In this document: piece after piece, positions 1 to 10,323 of the stretch | Position numbering within the stretch: the stretch's first letter is position 1 | Layout of the letters: each line of letters opens with the position of its first letter | Source of the DNA: Lysobacterales bacterium | Lineage (GTDB): Bacteria; Pseudomonadota; Gammaproteobacteria; Xanthomonadales; SZUA-5 | Assembly: GCA_022844165.1 (NCBI GenBank) | Contig: JALHMH010000002.1 | Location: forward strand, 192,001 to 256,000 | Length of the DNA: 64,000 nt | Direction: 5' to 3' | Notes under the pieces: model-generated | Seen by the model: the letters and a program-made list of their open reading frames with translations, nothing else | Databases searched by the model: none | What the model was told of the DNA's origin: nothing | Translations under genes and position numbers: made by a program

Positions 1-66
1 CGCTCTGTGCACCCGTGTCGTCGGCACGGCGTATTCTTCGCCTATCAAAGCCGAGGAGGGCTCACG

Positions 67-957
67 ATGGACCAACCGCGCCGCGTCGAACATCAGATGA
101 CGGACAAGGGATATGTGCCGGTATACACCAGCGCGATCGTCGAGCAACCATGGTCCAGCTATAGCAGCGTCGAACACCAGACCTGGGCGACACTATTTAC
201 GCGACAAATGGCACTGCTGCCCGGCCGCGCCTGCGACGAGTTCTTCGATGGGATGCGCGATTTGGGCATGAGCGAACGTGCCATCCCGAAGTTCAGTGAC
301 ATCAACCAGATCCTGTTGGCGAAGACCGGCTGGACCATCATCGGCGTCGAAGGACTGTTGCCAGAAGTCGACTTCTTCACTCACCTGGCGAACCGGCGTT
401 TTCCAGTCACCTGGTGGATCCGCAAACCGGAGCAAATCGACTACATCAGTGAGCCCGATCTTTTCCACGATTTGTTCGGGCATGTGCCATTGCTGATGTT
501 GCCGATCTTCGCCGACTACATGCAGGCCTACGGCGAAGGTGGCTTGAAAGCGGCGCGGTACGGGAACGAACCGCTGACCGAATTGACGCGGCTTTATTGG
601 TACACGGTCGAGTTCGGTTTGTTGAACACCGCAAACGGGCTGCGCATCTATGGTTCGGGCATCGTGTCGAGCAAGAGCGAGAGTTTGTACAGTCTGGAAA
701 GCGCGGCACCCAATCGCATTGGATTCGATCTGAAACGGGTCATGTGCACGCGTTACCGCATCGATACCTTCCAAAAGACGTACTTCGTCATCGACAGCTT
801 CGAGCAACTATTCCGCGCGACGGTGGACCCTGACTTCGGGCCGATTTATTACGAGCTGAAGGGTTCACCGGCCTTTGCGGCTGGAGAGGTGCGCGACAAC
901 GATCGAGTGTTCCAGCGTGGCAGTGGCGAGGGTTGGTTGCAGGATGGAGACGTCTGA
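67..957 (+). CDS. phhA: Phenylalanine 4-monooxygenase
   Basis: Motifs EPDLFHDLFGHVP, LYWYTVEFGL and YRIDTFQKTYFVI. GGAGG SD precedes the ATG at 67. Confidence 0.96.
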   Translation: MDQPRRVEHQMTDKGYVPVYTSAIVEQPWSSYSSVEHQTWATLFTRQMALLPGRACDEFFDGMRDLGMSERAIPKFSDINQILLAKTGWTIIGVEGLLPEVDFFTHLANRRFPVTWWIRKPEQIDYISEPDLFHDLFGHVPLLMLPIFADYMQAYGEGGLKAARYGNEPLTELTRLYWYTVEFGLLNTANGLRIYGSGIVSSKSESLYSLESAAPNRIGFDLKRVMCTRYRIDTFQKTYFVIDSFEQLFRATVDPDFGPIYYELKGSPAFAAGEVRDNDRVFQRGSGEGWLQDGDV

Positions 958-1163
958 ACCGCAATTTGCGAGGCTGGCGCCAGATTCCGCCTCCGTCTGG
1001 GACGCTAGGCGCACAATCTGGCACAACAACAAAGCGCCAGAGTTTCGCTACACTTCGCGCAGCAACGATCATGGCTGACTGCTAATCGAACCCTCCCCGA
1101 ACATCGGCGAGGGGGCAACATCCAAATCGAGATACTTTCACAACAACGCTTGGAGAAACGCAT

Positions 1164-1301
1164 ATGAAGACGCTTGCGCGCATTTCCTGGTTGCTTCTGG
1201 TCCTCATCGCCGCCGTCAGTTTGTCCGCCTGTAACACGGTGCAGGGCATGGGCAAGGACATCAAGAAAGCCGGCGAAAAAATTGAAGAGACGGCGGACTA
1301 G
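1164..1301 (+). CDS. Entericidin A/B family lipoprotein (45 aa, not in the ORF track)
   Basis: Translated by hand: MKTLARISWLLLVLIAAVSLSACNTVQGMGKDIKKAGEKIEETAD. Has lipobox LSAC, the CNTxxGxGKDI signature and a GGAG SD. Confidence 0.92.
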   Translation: MKTLARISWLLLVLIAAVSLSACNTVQGMGKDIKKAGEKIEETAD

Positions 1302-1304
1302 ATT

Positions 1305-1363
1305 CAAGTACGGTGTCTGGCGAAGCCAACAATGCTCGGCGGTCTGAGGCGAAGCCTCGCTAA
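1305..1363 (+). repeat. Dispersed repeat, 3'-end fragment
   Basis: CAAGTACGGTGTCTGGCGAAGCCAACAATGCTCGGCGGTCTGAGGCGAAGCCTCGCTAA is nearly identical to 58210-58268. Confidence 0.9.
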
Positions 1364-2304
1364 TCTCTGGGCATCGCATCGGACGATGCGGCGCGGTGAA
1401 GGCGATCGCGGATCGCCAACCACTCGGGGTCGTCCGGTGGCGTTTCAATCAGGATGCGCGAGCGACCCATTCCATCGAGCGTGCGCAGGCTGGCGTAGAG
1501 TGCTTTCGCGTAAGCCGTAGCGTCGCGCGGCAACGCGATGCCAGTCGCACCTTCTGGCAAAGGTTCCAGCGCCAATACGGCAGCGTCGCCGCCCAGCTGC
1601 TCGCGGGGCACCAGAAACGTAGCTGTGTACGGTGCGTAGTGCGAGGCCAGCCGCCCGCTGGACCGCGGACCTTCATCGTCACGCCGAGGCACCAGCACCG
1701 GTCCGATCACGGCTTCCAGCTGCGCTTTGGTGATCGCGCCGGGTCGCAGCAGTCGCGGTTGAGTGCCGCTCAAATCGACGATCGTCGATTCCAAGCCCAC
1801 TTCACTGTCGCCGCCATCCAGAATCACTGCGATACCGGCAGGAAATTCCTCGCGCACATGCGCCGCGTTCGTCGGGCTGATGTGCCCGAACCGATTCGCC
1901 GATGGCGCCGCCAAACCGCCGCCGAAAGCGCCTAGCACGCTCTGGGCGACGGGGTGCCGTGGTACGCGCAAACCAATCGTGTCCTGGCCGCCCGTGACCA
2001 CGGGGTCGACGTTTGGCGCGCGTTTCAATACCAGCGTCATTGGTCCAGGCCAACACGCGGCGGCCAGGGCGTGAGCCGCCGGCGGAATATCGATTGCCCA
2101 ATCATGCAACATCAAGGCGGATGCCAGATGGACAATGACTGGATGATCGACCGGGCGACCTTTGAGCGCAAAAATTCGCCGCACAGCTTCCGGATTGCGG
2201 GCATCGGCGGCAAGGCCGTACACCGTTTCGGTGGGCATAGCGACCAGCTCGCCACGATGCAGCGCATTCACCGCAGCACGCTGTTCGGCGTTGAGTTGCT
2301 CCAT
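1360..2304 (-). CDS. tsaC: L-threonylcarbamoyladenylate synthase (Sua5 type)
   Basis: PTETVYGLAADA, KGRP and APSANRFG motifs plus a C-terminal SUA5 domain (SHYAP). Start set at MEQLN. Confidence 0.93.
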   Translation of the reverse strand: MEQLNAEQRAAVNALHRGELVAMPTETVYGLAADARNPEAVRRIFALKGRPVDHPVIVHLASALMLHDWAIDIPPAAHALAAACWPGPMTLVLKRAPNVDPVVTGGQDTIGLRVPRHPVAQSVLGAFGGGLAAPSANRFGHISPTNAAHVREEFPAGIAVILDGGDSEVGLESTIVDLSGTQPRLLRPGAITKAQLEAVIGPVLVPRRDDEGPRSSGRLASHYAPYTATFLVPREQLGGDAAVLALEPLPEGATGIALPRDATAYAKALYASLRTLDGMGRSRILIETPPDDPEWLAIRDRLHRAASSDAMPRD

Positions 2305-2537
2305 CGCAGCTGGCCTTGAGTGAAAGTGATCGGAACAACAAAGAGAATAAACCGCGCACGCCAAGCTGTCTCTTGGACGGCTGCGACGGCGGATGTGCCT
2401 TAGCGATTCGCCAGTACCGCGCGCCGTGCGATTCAAACAGAATCAAGGTCAACCCAGGGAGATCCGAAGGCATTCTGCGCCAAGTCCGGCGCGGAACTGA
2501 CCAAGGCGACCAGCGACGTGCCGGGTGGATTGCCCGG

Positions 2538-3394
2538 CTACTGCCCGCCCGGCACCGATGGCCGAAACAGCAGTTCGACTTCAATCGCATCGAAGCGATA
2601 AATCTTGCCGCAGAACTCGCAAGTGATCTCGGCGCCGCCCGATTCGCGCGCGGTGGCGATGGCTTCGTCGTGACCCAGCCGGCGCAGTACATCGCCGACT
2701 TTTTCGCGCGAACAGCGGCAGCGGATGTGCAGCGGCAACGGCGTGCGATCGAAGCGCTCTTCTTGATGGAACAAACGATGCAGCAGTTGCTCGCTTGAGA
2801 TCGAAAGCAGCTCTTTCGGGTCGACGGTCGACACGAGGTGCTCGCAGCGGTTCCAGCCGTCGCTGTCGACGGCGCCGATGCCACCCAGAATCGGCAGCTT
2901 CTGGATCAGGAGCCCCGCGGTGCTCAAATCGTCGGCGCAGAGCAGCAGGCGTGTCGGTAGCTGCTCGGAGCGCAGAAAGTAGTTCTCGAAGCACTCAGCG
3001 AGGGTTGCGCCCTGCAGTTCAACAATGCCTTGATACCGCTCGCCTTGAAAGGGCTCCAGCGTGACCACCATCACCGCGCCGCGGGTGGCGGCCTCGAACT
3101 CTTGCGGCGCCGCATCCTCGACGACCCGCGCAATGCCCCGGCAGTCGCCGTTGCTGCTGCACTCGGCGTACAACAGCGCCAGCTCTGCGCCGCCCTGCAA
3201 TTGCACCGAAAGTCGGCCCTGAAATTTGAGACCTGTGATCAACAGCGCGGCAGCGCATAGAGCCTCACCCAGCCAGCCGCGAACGCTCGGTGGATAGGGC
3301 TGGTGGCTGACGATTTCCCTGAAACCATCGGTCAAACGCACCGCCGCGCCGCGCACGTTCAAGCGCGGCAGCGCGAAGGCGTGCAGCAGATCGC

Positions 3395-3398
<4 letters not shown>
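2538..3398 (-). CDS. hslO: Hsp33 redox-regulated chaperone
   Basis: YFLRSEQLPTRL and the zinc motif CRCS...CEFC. Confidence 0.95.
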
Positions 3399-5212
<1,814 letters not shown>

Positions 5213-5609
5213 GGGTTTTTCTGGCGGCACAATTGCGCGCGCCGCTCCGGGCAAAAAAGGCCGCGGAGTATAGGCACAGCGATTTGGAGCAAATGCGTGC
5301 GCTGATGTGACGGGACAGGCGGGGTTTAGGCGTCGCGCACGTCGCAGCGGGTACGTGGACGTCCGCTTTGCCGAGTGAGGGCCACCATCGCGCATGTCCG
5401 TTCTCCCGCCGGCTGGACCGTCCTGAGGTCCAATGGGAACAGCTCGAAGCGTCGCGCTATGGCGCAACCCACGCGCGGCTCAGCATCGCCCGACGTCACC
5501 CGAGCGGTTGGTCATTGTGGGTCGCGCTACAGCGCGACGCTGTTTGCTGTTCCCAGTGGTTTGCCGAACGCTGGCGGGGGATTCGCGGGTGTTCCGCAGC
5601 CGGCGCCAG

Positions 5610-6254
5610 TCAACCCGGCCCATCCGAACGCGGCGCAGCACGCGACATCAGCGCCAGCGGATGACCGTCGAGGTCTTTGAAAAACGCCATCCACTCTTCG
5701 ATGCCATCGGCATGTTTATGGATCATGTGCGGCGCGCTTGCGAACTCGACACCGCGAGATTGCAGAACTCGGTGGGCGGAGTGAATGTCCGGAACCGCGA
5801 AGTACAGGATCGAATGCGCTTCGCCGCCATCGCCCTCTGACAGAAAAAGACGCACACCGTTGCAATCGAAAAATGCCAGTTTGCCGAACGAAAAAAGATG
5901 CGGCAATCCCAGCACATCCCCATACCAGCGCCGCGCTGCCGCGGCATCTTTCACCGTTCGGGCAATCTGCCCGATGGCGCCGAGTTTGAGATCCATTTCG
6001 ATACTCTCCTTGACCGGGCCGAGTGCGCTGGCTCTCGCAACGCCAGTCCATTGCCTGAGTTCCATCCGGCTTTTCAGGCCGAGTTTATGCAGCGCATTGC
6101 CCACGTGATACTTCACCGCATCGATACCCACACCCTGTCTGCTTGCGATCTGTGGGTTGCTCAATCCATGCCGCACTGCTTCGACGACCTTCCATTCGGA
6201 CGGCGTCAACTGATCCTGAAACGGTGGTCGCCCTCGCAAGTGTGTGCGTTTCAT
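5610..6254 (-). CDS. LuxR-type HTH fused to a VOC/glyoxalase domain
   Basis: N-terminal LTPSEWKV...GLSNPQIA...VKYHVGNALHKLG. C-terminal IGQIARTV...WYGDVLGL...MAFFKDLDGHPLALM. Confidence 0.88.
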   Translation of the reverse strand: MKRTHLRGRPPFQDQLTPSEWKVVEAVRHGLSNPQIASRQGVGIDAVKYHVGNALHKLGLKSRMELRQWTGVARASALGPVKESIEMDLKLGAIGQIARTVKDAAAARRWYGDVLGLPHLFSFGKLAFFDCNGVRLFLSEGDGGEAHSILYFAVPDIHSAHRVLQSRGVEFASAPHMIHKHADGIEEWMAFFKDLDGHPLALMSRAAPRSDGPG

Positions 6255-6263
6255 AGGCAGACA

Positions 6264-6502
6264 TTAACGATGCTTCGCCTCAGACCGACGAGTATTGCTG
6301 GCTTCGTTCGACAGCGTACTCGCCACAACCCCGCGCTTCGCATTTCCGGCCCGGCGGCAAAGCCGCCGGTCGTTCGGATCGGCATACGCCTATCGGCGTG
6401 TAAGCGCCGGTCCTCGCCCCCCTTGCTAAAGGGGGCTTCAACAACCCAAGCCGCTTCATAGAAAAATTGACTCATTTGTCAAGATCAGTCTCCGTCAAGA
6501 AC
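6264..6502 (-). repeat. Dispersed repeat, full-length copy
   Basis: The reverse complement runs from TTCTTGACGGAGACTGATCT to GGTCTGAGGCGAAGCATCGTTAA and is collinear with 58023-58270. Confidence 0.92.
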
Positions 6503-6780
6503 ATTAGCCCAACTCACGGCGATTTTCCCTACCCGGTCCGGCGCCGGGCAGGCAACGCATACCCATGCCATCACCCAAGGTGTTGAGCGCTTCCCAGGCG
6601 GTTGCGTCATACTCGCCGCTGCACCCGTCACAGGCACTGGCCGATCGCCGTTGGCGAAGCGCCCATGCCCAACTCGCTGAGCCGGGGCGCGCGGAGAACC
6701 ATGCGCTGGTGTCCGTCGCTTGCAAAGTGGGCGTTGGAAAGCCAGTGTCTCGGAAAATTTCTTATGGCCAACCCGCAAGA

Positions 6781-8010
6781 ATGATCACCATCGCAATTCC
6801 CGCGCGCATGAAGGCGACGCGACTGCCCAACAAACCGCTGCTCGACATTATCGGTCGACCGCTGATCGCCCATGTTATTGACTGCGCACGTCGATTCGAA
6901 GCCGCTGAAATCGTCGTCGCTACGGACGATCTGCGAATCGCCGAGGTCGCCGAGCGCGAAGGTGTGGTCGCCATCCTCACGCGCGAGGATCATCCAACCG
7001 GCAGCGACCGGCTCGCCGAAGTGGCAGATCGCCTGGAGTGGCCGGATACGCAGATCGTCGTGAATCTGCAGGGCGATGAGCCGCTGATGCCGCAGAGTTG
7101 TTTGCGCGCCGTCGTCGATGCACTACGGGGGGACGCTGGGGCGGCCGCCGCAACGCTGGCGATGCGGATCGACAACATCGCCGAAGCGCTCGATCCGAAT
7201 GCCGTCAAAGTGGTGAGCGATCACCAAGGCCGCGCGCTGTACTTCTCGCGCGCGCCGATCCCGTGGCCACGAGACGCCTGGCACACAGCGCAGCGCGAGT
7301 TGCCCGCGGGCGCGCCGATGCGTCGCCATCTGGGTTTGTATGCATACCGCGCCGGCACGCTGCGGCGCTTCGCCGCACTGCCACCTGCGCCGCTGGAGAC
7401 GATCGAGTCGCTGGAACAACTGCGCCTGCTGCATCACGGCTACAAGATCGCCGTACGCGATACGCCGGAGGCGATTCCACCCGGTGTCGATACCCCTGAA
7501 GATCTGGCACGCGTGCGCGCCCACTTTATCGGCGAACAACAGCAGCAAGTCCAACACCGCTGGTTGTTCATGTGTCTGGGCAACATCTGCCGCTCGCCGC
7601 TGGCCGCCGCCTATGCGCGCAAATGCGCAGCCGAGCACGGACTGCGCGTACACATCGAGTCGGCCGGAACCTTGAGCTCGCACGCTGGCGAGCGCGCCGA
7701 TGGCGGCGCGCGCGAGTTGGCGGCCATCGAAGGCGTCGATGTCTCCCAGCACCGCGCCCGGCAAGTTAAAGTCGAAGACTTCGAGCGCTTCGATCAGATT
7801 CTCGCGATGGATGAGCGCAACCTGGCCGACCTGAGCAAGCTCTGCCCACCGCAATACCTGCACAAAGTGCGACTGCTGCTCGACTATGCCCCACATATTG
7901 GTCGCCGCACTGTGCCTGATCCGTACGGTCAGACCCTGAGTGGTTTCCAGAGGTCCTACGAGTTGATTGTCGCTGGCGTTGATGGACTGGTAATGTCGGC
8001 AATGAAATAG
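6781..8010 (+). CDS. kdsB: CMP-KDO synthetase fused to a low-molecular-weight protein-tyrosine phosphatase
   Basis: KdsB part: IPARMKATRLPNKPL, NLQGDEP, ESLEQLR, GVDTPEDL. In-frame LMW-PTP part: CLGNICRSP and VPDPY. Confidence 0.92.
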   Translation: MITIAIPARMKATRLPNKPLLDIIGRPLIAHVIDCARRFEAAEIVVATDDLRIAEVAEREGVVAILTREDHPTGSDRLAEVADRLEWPDTQIVVNLQGDEPLMPQSCLRAVVDALRGDAGAAAATLAMRIDNIAEALDPNAVKVVSDHQGRALYFSRAPIPWPRDAWHTAQRELPAGAPMRRHLGLYAYRAGTLRRFAALPPAPLETIESLEQLRLLHHGYKIAVRDTPEAIPPGVDTPEDLARVRAHFIGEQQQQVQHRWLFMCLGNICRSPLAAAYARKCAAEHGLRVHIESAGTLSSHAGERADGGARELAAIEGVDVSQHRARQVKVEDFERFDQILAMDERNLADLSKLCPPQYLHKVRLLLDYAPHIGRRTVPDPYGQTLSGFQRSYELIVAGVDGLVMSAMK

Positions 8011-8170
8011 GCGAAGGCTTGACCGTCAACTTTTCGGCCCAGGTGTGCCCGAAAACGATGGATCGAGACCTGGCTTGTTCAACCCGCGGCGGCGGCCTGA
8101 CACGGCGTTGGGCGTCGGAAGCCGGGATCGGCGGGTGCCAGGATTTTTGCATGATTGGACAGGATGACAA

Positions 8171-8575
8171 ATGGGCAGCACTATCTGGCTTCTTTCAGAG
8201 AGCAAGTTGGAGGAAGGCGACTCGTGGGACCATTCTGCGATGTACGAAACACTGGATCAGCTTGATCAGCTATGCGCGTCGCTCGGCGTGCCTTCCATTT
8301 CATCGTTCGTGGGCATTCCCGACAAGGATGGAAATCTGACGTGGAAGGCAGTTCGAAAAAAGACGCGTTGGTTTGATGCGAGTGCGGCGGTCCAGACGTT
8401 CGAAACGCTACGCTCGCACATCTTCAAGAATCCCGAAGCGGTTTCAGTCCCGAGGAAGAATTTTGGGAACACCAATTTCAGAGAACTCCTACTTGAGGAA
8501 CTCGAAGATTGTCTGAATAAAGTGACTAAGTTTGCGGAAGAAGGCGATCCGTTTCATGTAAGTTTTGTCTCATAA
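8171..8575 (+). CDS. Hypothetical protein, lower GC than neighbours
   Basis: 134-aa ORF with globular, acidic composition and an AGGA SD. No recognised family. Confidence 0.7.
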   Translation: MGSTIWLLSESKLEEGDSWDHSAMYETLDQLDQLCASLGVPSISSFVGIPDKDGNLTWKAVRKKTRWFDASAAVQTFETLRSHIFKNPEAVSVPRKNFGNTNFRELLLEELEDCLNKVTKFAEEGDPFHVSFVS

Positions 8576-8731
8576 CTTTTCTATCCTCGCGTCCGCACGA
8601 CCGCTCTCCATGCGGCCCCCGCTTCGCAACCCACGCCATTGCACCACCCTCCGAAATAGTGCGCTGGCGGGCAATCCAGGGTGGGAATGCACACGGAAAC
8701 CCGGAAGAGCAGGGCAACGGAAAGTCTGGAA

Positions 8732-9730
8732 ATGCCTGAAGAATCAACCACAACCGCGCCAAATCAACCTTGGCGTCTTTGCGTGGCCCCCATGATGGAG
8801 TGGACGGATCGGCACTGCCGTTATTTCCATCGGCTGCTGGCGCCGCGGGCGCGGTTGTATAGCGAGATGGTGGTGGCGCAGGCGGCAATTTTTGGGGATC
8901 GACGGCGGCTGCTGGGATTCGATACGGCCGAACACCCGGTCGCGCTGCAGTTGGGCGGATCGGATCCGGCGCTGCTGGCTCAGGCGGCGCGCATTGGCGC
9001 GGAGTTTGGGTACGACGAGATCAATTTGAATTGCGGTTGCCCAAGCGATCGTGTGCAAGCGGGGCGCTTTGGCGCATGCCTGATGACCGAGCCGATGCTG
9101 GTGGCGGATTGCGTGGCGGCGATGCGCGCGGTGGTGGCGCTGCCGGTGACGGTCAAATGTCGGCTCGGCGTGGATGATTTCGATGACGAGCCGTTTTTTC
9201 GCGCATTCGTCGACACCGTTGCAAGCGCTGGCTGCAAAGTGTTTGTCGTGCACGCACGCAAGGCCTGGCTAAAGGGGCTGTCGCCCAAGGAGAACCGGGA
9301 AATTCCGCCGCTCGATTACGCCCGGGTCTTTGCGCTGAAGCGCGATCGACCCGAGCTGACGGTGGTCTTGAATGGTGGGCTGATGGATCAGGCGGCGATT
9401 GACGCGGTGTTGGCGCAGGTCGATGGGGTAATGCTCGGGCGGCTTGCCTATCACGATCCGTACGCACTGGCGCGAATCCATGGCGAGTTGTTCGACACTC
9501 CGGTGCCGTCCCGTGAGGCCGTGCTGGCCGCGTTGCGGCCGTACATTGATGCGCACCTTGGCGGTGGCGGCGAACTCAAACACATCGCGCGGCATATTCT
9601 GGGTTTGTACCAAGGTCAGCCTGGCGCCCGACAGTTTCGCCGCGAGTTGTCGAGCGCGCGGCCGGGTAGCGGTTTGCGTGGCTGGGATCGAGCGCTCGCC
9701 GCGGTCGAGCACTGGCGGGCGGCGGCATGA
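8732..9730 (+). CDS. dusA: tRNA dihydrouridine(20/20a) synthase
   Basis: [26 protein letters not shown] and [16 protein letters not shown]. Confidence 0.95.
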   Translation: MPEESTTTAPNQPWRLCVAPMMEWTDRHCRYFHRLLAPRARLYSEMVVAQAAIFGDRRRLLGFDTAEHPVALQLGGSDPALLAQAARIGAEFGYDEINLNCGCPSDRVQAGRFGACLMTEPMLVADCVAAMRAVVALPVTVKCRLGVDDFDDEPFFRAFVDTVASAGCKVFVVHARKAWLKGLSPKENREIPPLDYARVFALKRDRPELTVVLNGGLMDQAAIDAVLAQVDGVMLGRLAYHDPYALARIHGELFDTPVPSREAVLAALRPYIDAHLGGGGELKHIARHILGLYQGQPGARQFRRELSSARPGSGLRGWDRALAAVEHWRAAA

Positions 9731-10164
9731 TTGGGCTGATCCAGCGTGTCAGTCGCGCCGATGTGGTGGTCGAAGGCGAGACGATTGGGGCCGTCAATCG
9801 CGGTGTTCTGGCGCTGATCGCAGTGGAGCGCGGCGACACGCCGGCGCTGGCGGAACGTCTGGTCGAACGGATCTTGAGCTACCGGATCTTCGAGGACGAG
9901 GCGGGCAAGATGAATCGCTCGCTGCTCGACATCGGCGGCGAACTGCTGATGGTCTCGCAATTCACCCTGGCGGCCGATACCAACAGCGGCACGCGCGCCA
10001 GTTTCACCCCCGCCGCGCCACCCGAATTGGGGCGCGCGTTGTTCGATCACGCCGTCATGGCGGCCGGGCGTCGTGTGCCCGTGGCCACCGGGCGTTTTGG
10101 CGCGCATATGCAGGTGTCGCTATGCAATGACGGGCCGGTCACGTTTTGGTTGACAGCGCGATAG
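9727..10164 (+). CDS. dtd: D-aminoacyl-tRNA deacylase
   Basis: IQRVSRA, VSQFTL and NDGPVT motifs. ATGA overlap with dusA. Confidence 0.96.
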   Translation: MIGLIQRVSRADVVVEGETIGAVNRGVLALIAVERGDTPALAERLVERILSYRIFEDEAGKMNRSLLDIGGELLMVSQFTLAADTNSGTRASFTPAAPPELGRALFDHAVMAAGRRVPVATGRFGAHMQVSLCNDGPVTFWLTAR

Positions 10165-10323
10165 TGTCATTTCGATTCTCTTGTCGGCGCCGCTGCTACG
10201 AATTAGGCCTTTCCTGGCGACTTCGTGAAATATCCCGGTGAACGCAGCAATCTATGGCGCACGCGCAGCAACGCGCGTTATCTTTCGCCCTCGCATCACA
10301 CACCGTCGGGGGAGATCCGCGCA

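Noticed and set aside
6504-6725. 73-aa minus-strand ORF, and the 6565-6780 extension of kdsB
   Set aside because: No SD or family signature is visible, so neither can be supported. KdsB homology begins at 6781.
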